Source of the DNA: Eledone cirrhosa
Taxonomy: Eukaryota
Length of the DNA: 64,000 nt
Reading direction: 5' to 3'
Assembly: GCA_964016885.1 (NCBI GenBank)
Contig: OZ024741.1
Coordinates: 294,004,001 to 294,068,000, forward strand
This document shows, piece by piece, positions 25,098 to 38,819 of this stretch. The translations under genes were made by a program, and so were the position numbers. Every line of letters begins with the position of its first letter. Within the stretch, counting starts at the first letter, position 1. The notes beneath the pieces were generated by a model. It was not told the origin of the DNA. It saw only the letters and a list, made by a program, of their open reading frames with translations, and ran no database searches.

Positions 25098-25796
25098 ATT
25101 TAGAAACTATGTAATATGATAGTTGCAGCTTGATAACGTCCATCTTCTCCATTTCGTGGCTGTTGCGGTCCATGTTTAGTTTGTTGAGTTTCAGAAGATG
25201 GGCAGTCCACTTACTGTTTGACGAATTTGGGGAGGCGGGTTATGGGCTTGTTTAACAGAAGTCATGGGTGCTGGTTGGCGTTCAGTTTAGGATGTTTGCT
25301 TGAAGCAATAATGGTCTTATTTACATATAAATATTACACTCACATATATGTGTATGGTCAAGTCGCTCTTCAGTGCTACTGGTAACATATATCCCAGTAC
25401 AACATATGCATGGTCAGGTCATTAGCGACTAAACTGACAACCCTGCTAAACTTGCTAGGTGAGGAAGGTGATTTTGGACACCTTGCAGGATGAAAAACTA
25501 AACCTGTCAAAGGGCAGAGGAATTTTTAATTTTGGTAAGTTTTTTTTTTTTTGAGACTTCTAGTCTCCATTAAGTTATCTCTCTAGGAGAAGGTCACTCT
25601 GATATAAAACCTGTGACTTCCTTTCCCGCCAATGAGGTAGACCAGTTCTACTTTTTGGGTAAATGTATCCAATGTTCAGAGAATGGAACTGGCTCCTTGC
25701 AAAGCCTTTACTCACTTAAAAATGCTTCAAACATAGGCATCACTTGTTATCTAACATCTTCTTAAGTATCAGTGAAGTATTAAGTATATTAGTGAA

Positions 25797-25942
25797 GGTG
25801 CATGGCTTAGTGGTTAGAGCATTGGGTTTGCAATCGAAAGGTTGTGAGTTTGATTTTTGGACGGGGTGATGTGTTGTGTCTTTGAGCAAGACACTTTATT
25901 TCACGTTGCTCCAGTTTACTCAGCTGTAGAAATGAGTTGTGA
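25797..25942 (+). mobile_element. SINE family B head and core
   Basis: atggcttagtggttagagc...ttgagcaagacactttatttcac...cagctgtagaaatgag. Confidence 0.85.
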
Positions 25943-26593
25943 TCCTGCCAAATCAATGGCTGGCAGTAGTTCCAGCTGCACGCATTGAAAGACTGGTGTG
26001 GTGGTTCTGAGAATAATATGGCTTTGCAGATGATCAATGCAAATTGACAATGGAAAGGCGCTCCTGCTCGAGTTAGAAGAGAACTATTGACCTTCAGGAG
26101 AAGCAGCGAACCCTGGTATTCAGCAACTGAAGCAAATATGAAGTACACCAAATCCAATGCTGCTAGGTGCTGCCCTGGTTCTTCTTATTTGCGAGTGTAA
26201 ACTCGGCCAGATTAGATTAGATTAGTACCATATGATACCATTATTCAAAATCGAGTTGCAACCATCATGTATCATCTATACTAATCTACAAAATATACTT
26301 ATAAATTGCTAGAAAACACTCTATATATAAAGAATTGTTAACAACTCCTTGTCAGTACAGGGTTGGTTGCATGATGGTGTGAGCCTTGTGAGCTGGTATG
26401 GCTCTTCCATCCTCTGGGGAAATGGCTTCTCTATTCTGTCTGGCGGGTCAATTGGGGAGAGGGGGAGGGACGGAGGCAATGACAGTAGGAGTTTGGTTCC
26501 TTTGTGTTTAGACCTGGTATTTATTTGCTGCACCACACACACTTATGTTTTGTCTACACATACAATATCTTCATGGACAAAAATAGAAAGATC

Positions 26594-26635
26594 AACCAGA
26601 TAAATTTCAAATCTATTTGTATCTCATCAGTGACC
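26594..26635 (-). ncRNA. Degenerate minimal hammerhead
   Basis: ggtca-CTGATGA-gatacaaatagattt-GAAA-ttta-TC-tggtt. Stem I pairs with wobbles, stem II is damaged. Confidence 0.4.
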
Positions 26636-26717
26636 ATCTTCCTTCTTTGACTTGCCCCAAACATACTGCTCATTAACCCACATATAATTTGTAATACATT
26701 ATAACATTGAAACAAAT

Positions 26718-26749
<32 letters not shown>

Positions 26750-27066
26750 GTGTGTATTATGTTTTGTGTAAATAATTGCTAATGAACTGTTTCTGATTAA
26801 CTTATTGTTTACATAGTCATCTACCATTATCACCTGTCTAGAAACATACGTAGAAATTTAAAAAATCTATTTAAATTGTTATCCTTGGTTTTTCTCCATT
26901 TTAAATATATATCTATATACATGTATATATGTTTTGAACAATGTGAAAATAAAACAAAAGTTAAAGATGTCTGCTTAATTAGTTCATTATTTTACGTTCG
27001 TTCCAAAAGGTTGATTGATCATAATAAATCGATATATTAACTAATTGATAGTTGTTATGCCACCAC

Positions 27067-27117
27067 ATATTACTAGTTTCAAAATTCTAGATCCATCTTA
27101 CCGTTTTCCTCAGAAAC
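27067..27117 (-). ncRNA. Near-canonical minimal hammerhead
   Basis: gttt-CTGAGGA-aaa...ttt-GAAA-ctag-TA-atat, with palindromic stem III CTAG and weak stems I and II. Confidence 0.5.
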
Positions 27118-27131
27118 AATATATATATATA

Positions 27132-27402
27132 GCCTGGGTGATGTGTTGTTTCCTTGAGCAAGACACTTTATTTCACATTGCTCCGGTTTTCTCAGATGTA
27201 GAAATGAGATGATAGGACTGGGGTCCCTATCATTCCACTGTAAAGTGAACGTGTAGGTGCCACGGCACAAAAGCACCCAGCACTCACTGTAAATGAGGTT
27301 GGTGTTAGGAAGGGCATCCAGCTGTAGAAATCAAGCCAGAATCAGTTCCCGTCCCACCCTTGCAAGCAGGGAAAAGTGGACGTAAAATGTTGATGATGAT
27401 GA

Positions 27403-27405
<3 letters not shown>
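27132..27405 (+). mobile_element. 5'-truncated SINE family B with RTE-derived tail
   Basis: Matches 58385-58716 but lacks one 3'UTR repeat unit. Embedded in (TA)n. Confidence 0.9.
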
Positions 27406-27476
<71 letters not shown>

Positions 27477-27647
27477 CAGTGTTCTTCTCACCAAAATTTT
27501 TGATGCTTTTTTTTATCTACCTATCTGGCTGTCTATATATTTGTCAATTTCTTTGTTTATCTCATTACTATATAATATATGTATCTATCTATCAATCCTG
27601 CTCTGTATATAATATATATAGAAAGAGAGAGAGATTGATAGATAGAT

Positions 27648-27728
27648 TTCTCTCTCTCACCCCTCCTTTCCTTTTTCTCTTTGTTTTTCTATATAATATT
27701 GTAAATTTTCTATTTTTTGCAGGTAAGA
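27648..27728 (+). promoter_or_regulatory. Candidate 3' splice site / recursive splice site
   Basis: Long pyrimidine tract, then ttttttgCAG|GTAAGA (AG at 27721-27722). Confidence 0.4.
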
Positions 27729-29249
27729 CAAACGAATTTGATTGGTGCCATCTCTCCTGAAACATGTGTTGCTGTCATTTCAACATATTAAAATTTGCCC
27801 AAAGCAGAAAACAGTCAAGAATAAAAGAATACTAATATATCTATATACACAAAGATAATTCATTTTTTTCTTCTTTTCCTATGTTTTTCCTTTGTATCTA
27901 ACCTTTTAACATTTAAACCAGTGGCCATACTAACAATCAGTATTTGTTTCCTAGTGACTGTATATGGCATTCTTGGTACAATATCTTTAGAATTAAAACA
28001 ACCAAATCAGAGAGGAAGTTGAATTGTTTTTAATTTAACCCTTTTAATACTAAACCAACTGAAACTGCTTCTCTTCCTATCATACAAAACTGTTTGTTTT
28101 AAAATGTTTATATTTTTCTAAACACCTTTCATCATTATTTCATGTAAAAACCTTTGTTATGTTATGTTACTAAATCCTTTCATATCCTTGATTATTTCCA
28201 AACTTGCTGGAAAATCAGAGGCAATGTCTTTAGAAATATGGTTAAAATTTTATCATTTTTAAAAAATACAGGATACATGGTCTAGTAGTTAGAATGTTGA
28301 TCTCACAGTCATTTGATTATGGTCTTAATCCCTCCCACTGGGCTGTATGTTGTATCCTTGAGTCAACAAATTTCACTTAAGTCCACTCAGCTAAAACAGT
28401 GGGTACAGCAGCTGGAAGTTAACCTTGTGATGACAGACTGTCATATAATGCTGTACTCTCTGTCAGTTAACACTTCATATATATATATACACCAGACTTT
28501 CGCATAGCTTCTGTCATCAATACACTACTTACTGAGTATTGGTCAGTCTGAGGTTATGCTGGAAATCAGAATAGATTGTATACTAAACCAAATGATCGCA
28601 AAGCAAATTTCTTATCCTCACAGTCATGCTACTGCCCACTACTATTTTTAATTCATTATCTCAGTCACATCTACTAATTAATCTTGACAAAGGTTTATAC
28701 ACAGCCCAGCAGGGAAAACTTATTCTTAAATTAATACATTTTAAAAACCAACAGATTTCCCTGCCTGACATTATATATATATAGAGAGAGATAGATAGAT
28801 AGGTTTGTGTGTGTGCATGTGTGTAAGTCTGTGTGTCTGTGTTTGAATGCATCAATATTTTATCATTTAACATTGACATGATAATTCTAGCTGAAAGATA
28901 AGATGACAAATTACTTTTGAAATACACAGTATATTTTGAGAGGAGATCTAAGATCTCTGTAGAGGAATCTTTTTTTTTTTCAAACAAAATTTATGACTTG
29001 GAAAGATATAATTGATAATTTACTTGCAAGATTCATGAGTACGTCAACTATTTTTATTACTTTCAGAATATTCAATCAGCCAGCTTGTCTATGTCTATGT
29101 GGCATACATTGACAATGTAAATATGTAAATAGAGATATTGAGTCCTGATGCAATCTAAATAGTTTCAAATTTTCCAGCACAAATGCATTAACATCATTGA
29201 TATTATTATTGTCATTAATGTTGTTGTTATTATCATTGGTGGATGCCAT

Positions 29250-29460
29250 GGCTTGGCAGATCAGTAGAAGATCAGACAACATTCTTTGCAGCATATAGTT
29301 ATGGTTCTTTACATTCTGAGTTCAAATCCCACTAAGGATAGCTTTACCTTCCATCCTTACAGGTCAATAAAATAAAATACCTGCAATGTACTGTGGTCAA
29401 ATTAACCAACTTTCCCCTCACCCTCCAAAATTGTTGGCCTTGTGCCTAAATCAGAAATCA
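29250..29460 (+). mobile_element. Diverged SINE family A variant
   Basis: ttggcagatc...ctgagttcaaatccc...ttccatcctt...ttggccttgtgcc. Confidence 0.75.
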
Positions 29461-29479
29461 TTATCATTATTAGCTAAAC

Positions 29480-30925
29480 TCACTCAGAAATGGACAGCGA
29501 GAGAGAAAGCTGTCCTTCAAAGGTCGGTTAGAGGTGGTAAACACCTACATTACTTTGGTGGTATGCTACTGCCTGTCTGTCATACCATGCCCCCCCCCCC
29601 CAAAAAAAAAACACATGACCAAATTAAAATGCATGCTCTTCCACTTTTTTGTTGAAAGGATAAGACTGGCTGGTCGGAAAATCTTTTTACTACAAACATC
29701 AACTCCATGATAGCCTCAAGATGACATTGCTATTGATGAGCAGACATGCACTCTAGCTATTGTACCTGTGGATCTACCTGAAGCACTAAAACAGTGATGA
29801 CAATGAAAGTGAAGCTCAACCAGTGTGGGTGACTTTCATATAACATGTCTTCCTGCAGCTCGTCTCCCTGACTGAGCTGATCAAGCACAGATCAACATCT
29901 TGAAAGTGTTGCCAGGCACTCATGGCATTTTACCAACTGATGGCCTGGGAGTGGTTCTGGACAAAGACAATCTTAAGACTCTTCTGGAAGACTTTCTGGT
30001 CAGGTATCATGGATAATTTCCAAAAGTTCTTGGCATGGCACTGCTACAGAGGCGTATTTCCAGTTTTAGATAAGCTCCACGAGCATGGAAGTGCCAACAG
30101 TAACACCTATATGAGATGCACATAGGTTAATGAAACTGTCCTACTTCTATCACCCAGTGTTCTTGCATTGCAAAGTTATGGGCTTGTGTCAAACAACTGT
30201 TATCATGTGTAAGACAGATCTGGCTATCAGTTGGGTCTATAGTGAAACTTGAACTACCACCTTCTTTTAGAAGAGAGGAGCAGAAAGTCTTCCTCAGTCT
30301 GGAAGTTATGGCAAAATATGGTGTATTGTGGACTTAAAAGAATTGACATTGAACTTTCTTCTCTGGCCAAGCTGAAGGTGAGGGTAGAGATGGAGGTGTG
30401 TTGCCTTCTAGTGTGTTTTATGAAAAATGGGTGAGAGTGGTGAGATTTACATAACTAAATGAGCCTAATCTAACTATGTTTTTCTAAGTAAGAGGAAGGA
30501 AACATGGAGAGAGCACTTTTATTGCCTGTGGAGTAACAGAGTAAAGCTATGGCTTTGTGTGAGGTTTCTTGCTGGGATTACCCTAAAGTGCAGTTTCCCA
30601 CTTTTGGTCTGAGTGAATGGGCCTGCTCTGAGTAGGTGCCTTTAAATTGGAGGAGGACAATTGGGAGAGGACATTTACTATAGTAATCAGGGTGACTGTG
30701 GCTTTTTGTGGGCTTTCTCCATGAATGACCCTCAGAGATTTCTCCCATTGGGGAATATGTTTTTGTTTGATTTTTAAATGTTTATTTTTTAGTTTTGTTA
30801 TAACCTGTTTTTACACACAAAAACCCACACTGTATCATCCTGTGCCATCTCTATTGTTTGCTTAATGTCAGCCCTGTGTGGCTAATAAAGAAACCATTAT
30901 TATTATTATTTTTATTTTTATTATT
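29480..30925 (+). pseudogene. Degraded L1/Tx1 copy with doubled 3'UTR-like segment
   Basis: MDNFQKFLAWHCYRGVFPVLDKL matches the 18007-19490 copy. 3'UTR 30645-30900 ends aataaagaaa plus (ATT)n. Confidence 0.85.
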
Positions 30926-31923
30926 AATTGTTGTTATTTTTTAACTGTTTAATCAGGGAGGGAAGAGCAATGCTTATGAGCATGTCCCTTTTCATAGCCT
31001 CTTAGATTGCTGGATGGAAGCGTCTGATCTCTTCCTATCCTCATTGCTTAGTGCTAGTAACCATGTACAATTGCACAACTCATTTATATGATGTTGTATG
31101 TCCATAATTCTCATCAAGAAAAAAGTGACATCGGTGGGTCAAGAATCCTCTTCTGTCGAAGGAAGGGAAGAGAATATCCACAAACTGGATTACAATAAAT
31201 TAGACTCCACTAAAGGCATTAAAAGGTCAGGTGATGGTGTTAAACCAGGTGACAGATTGCTTTTGAACTCTAGTTCATTTCTAATTAAGGTGGTAACTTG
31301 GTAGAAGTGTTACAGTGTTGATCAAAGTGTCATGCATTATTTTCTCTGGCTATTTGCATTTTGAGTTCATATCCTGATAAGGATTTCATGCTTTTAATAT
31401 TGATGAATAAAGTACCAGTCTAGGGTGGGGGATTGGATGAATTATTAGAGAGCTGGAATGGGTTACTTTCTGTTTAATGTGTTTCTTTCTATTCTGAGTT
31501 CCACTTCCACTCTCTCTATCCTTCTCTGGAAGAAATCTTCTGTATTCAGACATAGACAGATGGTCTCTGCCAGGTTTTAAGCATGCCCAAGACATTTTGT
31601 ATTTCAATATGGCACCCTTATGACTTCCCCAGGAGTTATGGGACCATGCAAAAAAAAAACATTCTGAGTTTAAATCCTTCTATGGCCTACCAGCCATAAG
31701 AAATAAGAACCCCACCATGTAACATCCATAGTTAATTATGGAATGCCTTGAATAATTTCATGGTATCGATGATGGTCCTAAATGAGCAACCCTTTGATCA
31801 AATGTTTACCAGACATGACTCATCTTGCCTAGAGACCTCTCTAACTGCTGTTCTTAAATTTGTTTTAGAGCTTTGCTAATAATTAAACTTTAAATTTCTT
31901 AGATATTCTATTCCTTGGTTTAA

Positions 31924-32163
31924 CCCATTTGTTGTTATATTTCCAATGAAATACACTGCCTATCATTCTCAGCTCATTTTGAAAATAATGAAGGATTTAG
32001 AAACATTTAGTAATTTAACTTTCAATTTTAAACTGGTATTTGGAGCATAAGATTTCTGCATAAAATCATTATAGAAGGTTTTTAGATAAATATAAACACT
32101 TTAAAACAACCATTTTATATTGGAGAACTAGGAGTAGTTTCAAGTTGTTTGATATCAAAAGAG
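31924..32163 (+). mobile_element. piggyBac-type MITE, diverged
   Basis: TTAA|CCCATTTG ... CAAAAGAG|TTAA. Related copies at ~28036-28250 (-), 37224-37447, ~46190-46480 (-) and ~59845-60010. Confidence 0.55.
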
Positions 32164-34362
32164 TTAAGCCACAATAACTATCTTAAGAGGTAACCCCACC
32201 ACCAGCTTGGGCTGGATATTTATATGTTTTGTTAACAATTAAACTTTAGATTTCTTTCTTATATATATATATATCTATCTCTATATATATATGTGTGTAT
32301 ATATATATATGTTCCTTGGTTTAAGCCATTGTAACCAACCTAAAAGATAACCCCACACTACCAGGCTAGGCTGGAGAGGTCCATTTACATTCACTTGCTT
32401 ACTATCACAAACAGCACTAGAGAAATACATGTCCAGTAAACACAATTGCGTTAATTGCAAATGGCTTTTTAAAGCTAAACATAGTTTGACATGAATCGAT
32501 GGGATGCAGTGACCTCGTGTGCAGATTTTCTTAGAAGAAAACATTAAAAAGAAAGAAAAGATGCTCCCGAAATGTAAAATAAAAAAAAATGAGGAAGAAT
32601 AAGATTTTCTTCACTGGAATCAATGTGACCTTTTAAAGAATAGATCTTGTAGATTTACAATGTTAACTTTCTAAATGTGTTTCTATTGAAGACGAAGTCA
32701 CTAAAGATATTGATATATATCCCATATATATACACGTGTGTGTGTGTGTGTGTGTGTGTGTGCTATCCATGAAATCCTTATGTTCTAAGTTTCTATACTT
32801 ATCATACTGTAATGCGATACTGTTGTAGCTGTTGTATTGTTGTTATTGTTGTCCTTGTCTTCAGCATTGTGGTGGTTGTTGTTGTAGTGGTTGTTGTTAC
32901 TACTATTGTTATTGTTCTTCATCTTCTCATTTTTGTTGCTCCTTTTTCTTTTCTTTTTATCTTTTTTTTTATAATTTACCCTTGACTTTTCATTTCCAAT
33001 TAACTCTCTTTGATCTTACATCTATTTAAAAAAAATTTCTCTCTCTTCTTCCCTGCATCATCATCATCACATAATTTTTCCAGCTAGCAAGGATGGGTAG
33101 ACAGGTTTCCACATACTGAGTCAGTTGTCAATCTTAAAGCAGAGCTATTGACCTCTCAGATATTCTGGGTACCTGCACCCCTCTTAGATATACTAATGTC
33201 TTCTACCAAATGCATTTTATCACAATATCAGCACTAGGGATGTTATGTTTATGAGGCACCTGAAGGGTGCTCCCAAGCTTTTGTTTGTCATGGTTTTTTT
33301 GTATGGTTAGATGCCCTTCCTATCACTATCCATTTACAGAGTATACATGGTGTTTTTATTATGTAGATCCCCAACAAACCTGTAGGATCTTCCCAACCCT
33401 TTGTTTGGCATGTTTTCTATGTCTGGATGCCCTTCTTATCACCAACCACTTTACAACATGTAATGGGTGTGTTTATTATGAAGATCACCTATGTTACAGA
33501 AGTTGTCATGTCTTTGACATAACTGAAGAGTCCGTTCAACACTTTGCATTAGATATTATCTATATCTTCAAAAGTTTTGTCAGTATATTCATTTCATATT
33601 TAACATATTGTTAGTGCAAAGGTTATCTTCCCCTTTATTTTATCCATGGCTAAAACTAGTTGGGTATCGAAAATTATGATTGGTGCTCTGAAATAGCGAT
33701 GTATATATGAATATATATGCTTAATTAAAAACATTTTTAAGACCTTGTGCTATTATTTTTAAGTAGTGACTATGTCACTTACTTCTTTTTTCAACAAACG
33801 AAGGGAGATAAGCTGACAGATCTGTTGATCTATTTTTTTTATTCTCTTCACTGGCCTCTATATTGTACTTATGCTTCTCTTCATTTAATAAATATATTGT
33901 TATTTAGCACCAGGATAGTCCTGATTTCAGAGCCCTATGATCAACAATGTTTCAGCCATGACCATCTACACTCTTTTAACTCTCTGTCTACCTAGAGTGA
34001 CAGCCTAAAGCAAGGCTCATCAGCTTTCTTTTGTAATGGCTAATTCATTTTTATAGTTCTACCCATGTCCCATATATTTATTATATCATATCGTACATAT
34101 AAATATTTGAACATTTCTGAGGACCACAGAGAAGACCTGAATAGTTCATTTGTAATCCACAGCAACATGTGGCTGACCCTTCTTAAAACTTGTTTTCCCC
34201 ACACTCCAATGTCCCAAACTTTTCTTTCTCTCTCTGAACTCTCCATTTCCTGAAGAAAGACTTATGTCCAACATGTCGAAACCCTCTTCTACTTCTTCCT
34301 AAGCATGAAAGTAACAAAACTTTGTGATTTTTTCATTTCTGTGTTTGTCTTGTCTATTCTTG

Positions 34363-34406
<44 letters not shown>

Positions 34407-34644
34407 TCAAACTTCACACACACAGATGGGCAGACTGTAATCAATTTACTGATTACAAAGAGGCATAACAGTGTACATACAAAGGAGTAACATTCTGAAC
34501 AATTAATTTAACTATATAAACATGGAGAGGGACGGGCTATGCCAGACTTAAAATGCCCAAGAAATTCTGTATGTCATTATGGCACCCTTGCAATCACACA
34601 TGCACAATAATACTGACATAGACAATCAGATGCAAGTACATCAA

Positions 34645-34990
34645 TACATATAATGCACACACACACAATCAGACAGAAAATTACATACACACACACATTG
34701 GTCCACACACACAAACACAGAGAGAGAGATTATCACAAACAAACACATTGGTACACACACACACACAATCAGACAGAAAATTACACACATAAGCACATTG
34801 GTTCACACACACAAAATCAGAGATACTCACAAACACAACCACACAGATAATCACATACACACAAGCATATTGTTCATACATACAAACACGTGCACACATA
34901 ATCAGACAGATAATCACACACACAAGTACATTGGTTCACACACAATGAGACAGACAACCACACACACACACAAACACATTGACACACACA
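34645..34990. repeat. ~45-bp CA-rich minisatellite
   Basis: Repeats of acacacaatcagacagaaaattacacacacacacattggt. Confidence 0.85.
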
Positions 34991-37509
34991 ATAACACATA
35001 GAAAAGTATTTAGTAAATATAATTTCTAAGTATTTGTTTGACTGTACTGTACTACTTCACTTTTCTATTTTATTTCTTATGTTGTCTGGTCAATGCAAAA
35101 CTGTTGATTCATGATGATTGAACCACTAATTATAATACCATATATAACAAAAGAGCTCTTCTCTATCCCTCTCTCCTCACTTCTCTGTCCCTTTCTCTCT
35201 TTCTCCCCCCCCCCTCTCTCTCTATATATATATTTTCCCTCCTACCATAGATGACATTGTTAAATGAAAGTTCTTTTTAATTAACAAAAGTATAAAACCT
35301 CTAGAAAATTCTCTTACCTCGGAAATAGTTGTTAAAACCCGTCTGCAATGGGTTATATATAATGAAAGTAATTAATCAACAAATTAATTTTATTATATTT
35401 TATCTTGGCTATAGCAACAGAAGATAGAATTGTTTTTTGTTTTTTTTATTATTTAATTTCTAATTTATTTGTTTTTGTGATTTGATGGGTTGGGCAAGGT
35501 TCATATTATCTTTCTTTTTATCCTGTTTTTCTATAATTTGAAACAAAAAAAAAAAAATTGAATTTGTCATTAAAAAAATAGCTATCAGATTCTTGATAAT
35601 AGTCATTTGTTTCCTTGCTTGGTTTGACTTTTGGCATGGAGGATCTGTTGTATATGTGTTTGTGAATGTGTGTAATAGTGTGTGTGTGTGTTTTTCTGTG
35701 TGTGTATATATATGTGGATGTGTGTGTAGGTATGTGCGATTGTGTGTAGATGTGTGTGTGTGTGATTGTGTGTGGGTATGTATGATTGTGTGTGGATGTG
35801 TGTGTATTTGTGTGTGTGTGTATATATGTTTGTATAGTTGTGTGTGTGGTTGTGTGTGTATGTGTGTTTGTGTGTGTATATGTGTTTCTGTATGTGTGTG
35901 TATATGTTTTTGTGTTTCTGTTTCTATGTGTATTTTCATGATCAGGTTAAAGTTTATTCCTGAAAAAGAGAAAAATATTCAATAAATAAATAAACAAACA
36001 AAAAACTAATTAAGCCATTTTAATTTTTTTTTCAATAAAAAAAATATTTTAAAGAAGTAAGATATAAAAATTAAATAAAATAAGGAATATGTAAGTATTC
36101 CAACAACCAAGAAAAATAGCTATATAGGCCTTCTCCAGACCAACAACACCACCAACATCAACAACATTTGCATACAGTTAAAAGGAGAGACACACAGAAA
36201 CACATACATACATACATACTAACACACACATACATACATGCATACTAACATACATACACATACATACACACATACATAAATAACATACATACATACATAG
36301 AAGCACACAGTGACACACTTGCATAGACAGACACACACATACATAAACTCACATTCACATAAACACAAATACATGCACCTCTACTCACATAGACACACGC
36401 ATACATAGACACACACACACTCATAGACATACAGACAGACACACACACATACACAAACATGCACACTTATCATCACAAAATATCTAGAGGTTAGTTTTTC
36501 GGGGGGTTTTTCGAATGAATAATTAAAGAAAAATATTTTAATATTACCTTAATAATTTTCGTAATTTCATTATGAACAAGAATTTTTCTGTGTGTATGTG
36601 TGTGTGTGTGAGAGTGTGAATGTGTGTGCTTGAAATTCTATAATTTTCTCCTGATTATAATTTTAAAGCATTTTTACTTCTTTATTTTTTCATTTTGGCA
36701 AGGTGAGGCATTTTCATAAATTTTTATTGAATCGATGTATACGGCTGCGTGTGTGGAAATATACAGCACTACTCCTGTATACATTTATTATACAGCATAA
36801 CATTTACATATATCTATGGTACTCCATTACTTCTGTATATGCCTATGATACAACACTGTACCTATAGATACTTATAGTATGGAACTACATATATATATCA
36901 TGCAAGTAAGGAAAAACGAATATAAAAACGATGATATATATATATATGAAAAGAAGTGACATGGTATCACACCTTCAGTTTATTACTTCATCCTATTATG
37001 CACATTTCAAATACATCAAAGTCATTGTGTAACAATTATTTGATGTTGAGCAAACAACACTGATTACTTAGAACAATATACATAGAGAGAGAGACATAGA
37101 ATTGTAAAATTCCCGATTGTGGTGCCAAGCAGTTTCATCTTGTGTGTCCAGGAAGCCTTTTCAAGAGTGTAGTCCCATGATTAGTAATTCACTAGATCTC
37201 TGTATTCTGTAAAGTGAAGATTTTAACCATTTCATTATCATATTTCTAATGACATCCACTCCTAATGATTTTCAAATAATATAACTAAATTTCTGATTAT
37301 TAAGCTGAAGTCTGGGACATAGTTTAACAAACTGTCTTAATAAAATTATGATGGAAGATTTTGAGATAAATATAAACATTTCAAAACAAACAATTTTGTT
37401 TCACAGAACCAAGTGCACTTTTAGGCTGTTTTATATCAAAAGAGTTAATATATTTCTTTAAGATACTCCATAAGAATTATTGTTGAACGTTTTTTAAAGA
37501 TATTCCTGT

Positions 37510-37870
37510 ATTTATTTACTATTTTCAATCATTTGACACTGGCCATGCTAGTACACCACCTACAAAAAGTTTAATCAATCATATTGATCTCAGTACATTT
37601 TTTTTCCAGTCTGGTACTTATTTTACCAATTTCTATTTATTGAACCATTCATTTCTGTGATATTACCAAACAGTAAACATAAACACATACACACACATAC
37701 ATAAAATCACAATGGGCTTCTACACATCTTCTGTCTCCCAAATTTTACTCTCAAGGCTTAGGTCACCTCAATGCTATAGTAAAGACACTTGGCTATGGTG
37801 CCTTGATGTAGGACTGAACCTGAAACCACATAGCTGTGAAGCGAATTTCTTAATCATGCAGGCATGCTTG
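37510..37870 (-). mobile_element. Diverged octopus-type tRNA SINE (family C) with internal CA tract
   Basis: tcatttgacactggccatgct...gggcttct...gctatagtaaagacacttgg...ggactgaacc. Partial copies at 14380-14480 and 28495-28630. Family assignment is from recall. Confidence 0.65.
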
Positions 37871-38034
37871 CACTTATGTTATTTGGGGATTTTTATATCT
37901 GGAACAAGTTTTCTGGAAGTCTGGATTTTCTTTTTAACAAACCATACATAATCAGTAGGTTTTTCAGGAAATTAAAGCTGGTTTCTACAACTGTGAGATA
38001 TTTCCTTACTTCAGTCTCATACTATCATTATTTT

Positions 38035-38212
38035 GGCATTATCGGTAGAGGGTGAGACGTCATGCTTTCTAGCATAGTTATGTCCCTTTACGATCTGAGT
38101 TCAAATCCCACCGAGGTTGACTTTGCCTTTCATCCTTACAGGGTCGATAAAATAAAGTACCAGTAATGCACTGGGTATTTGCTGGCCTTGTGCCCAAAGT
38201 AGAAAAAATTAT
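38035..38212 (+). mobile_element. SINE family A
   Basis: Matches 24910-25097. Confidence 0.9.
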
Positions 38213-38819
38213 TATACAATGGCTGTATTATTTATTTACTTATTTATTGTTTCTTTATTCATGTAATCTCTGCCATGTTCTCCCATAATAACACAAGTTG
38301 ACCATTCAAAGTAAAGGTAAAGAACAAACCATTTATTTTTCAACATCAACTTTCTTCTCCCTGTGATCTCTGACACAATAAAATTAGACACAACCATTAA
38401 AATGAATAAAAGAACTTTCTGCATGGTTAACTAACTTTTGTGGTGATGTTATTAGAATCCTCTACATTTCACAAACCTGTTAACTAACATATTATTGCCA
38501 GTCTGTACACATTAGTTTAGTTTACATTACTGAAACTCTTTGCAAATATTTTTCTTGTTTGTAGTAATCTATTATAGCATTGATATTCTGAGTAAAGAAG
38601 CACTGAAGAATATATGGTAAACTCCAATGTACTCCAAAGAACAATTAAATCTCAAAGGTCCAGTAACCCAAGTTAAGTTTAACATATATATAAATACAAA
38701 CATATACATTAACATACAAATATACATAAACACACAAATATATATATAGGATGCAGGCATGCTTGAGTGGTTTAGAATTTTGCTTTGCAACCATGAGGGT
38801 AATTAGAAGAACAGAGGTA

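Noticed and set aside
26343-26400. Possible RTE 5' head or HDV-like ribozyme (also 25380-25610)
   Set aside because: Only a vague resemblance, and I could not build the nested pseudoknot.
34000-34025. Minus-strand CUGANGA plus stem II here and at ~53575-53607
   Set aside because: No GAAA follows, so the motif is incomplete.
27025-36737. Recurrent AATCGAT (Cut/Onecut-like) motif
   Set aside because: A handful of hits is expected by chance in 64 kb of AT-rich DNA.
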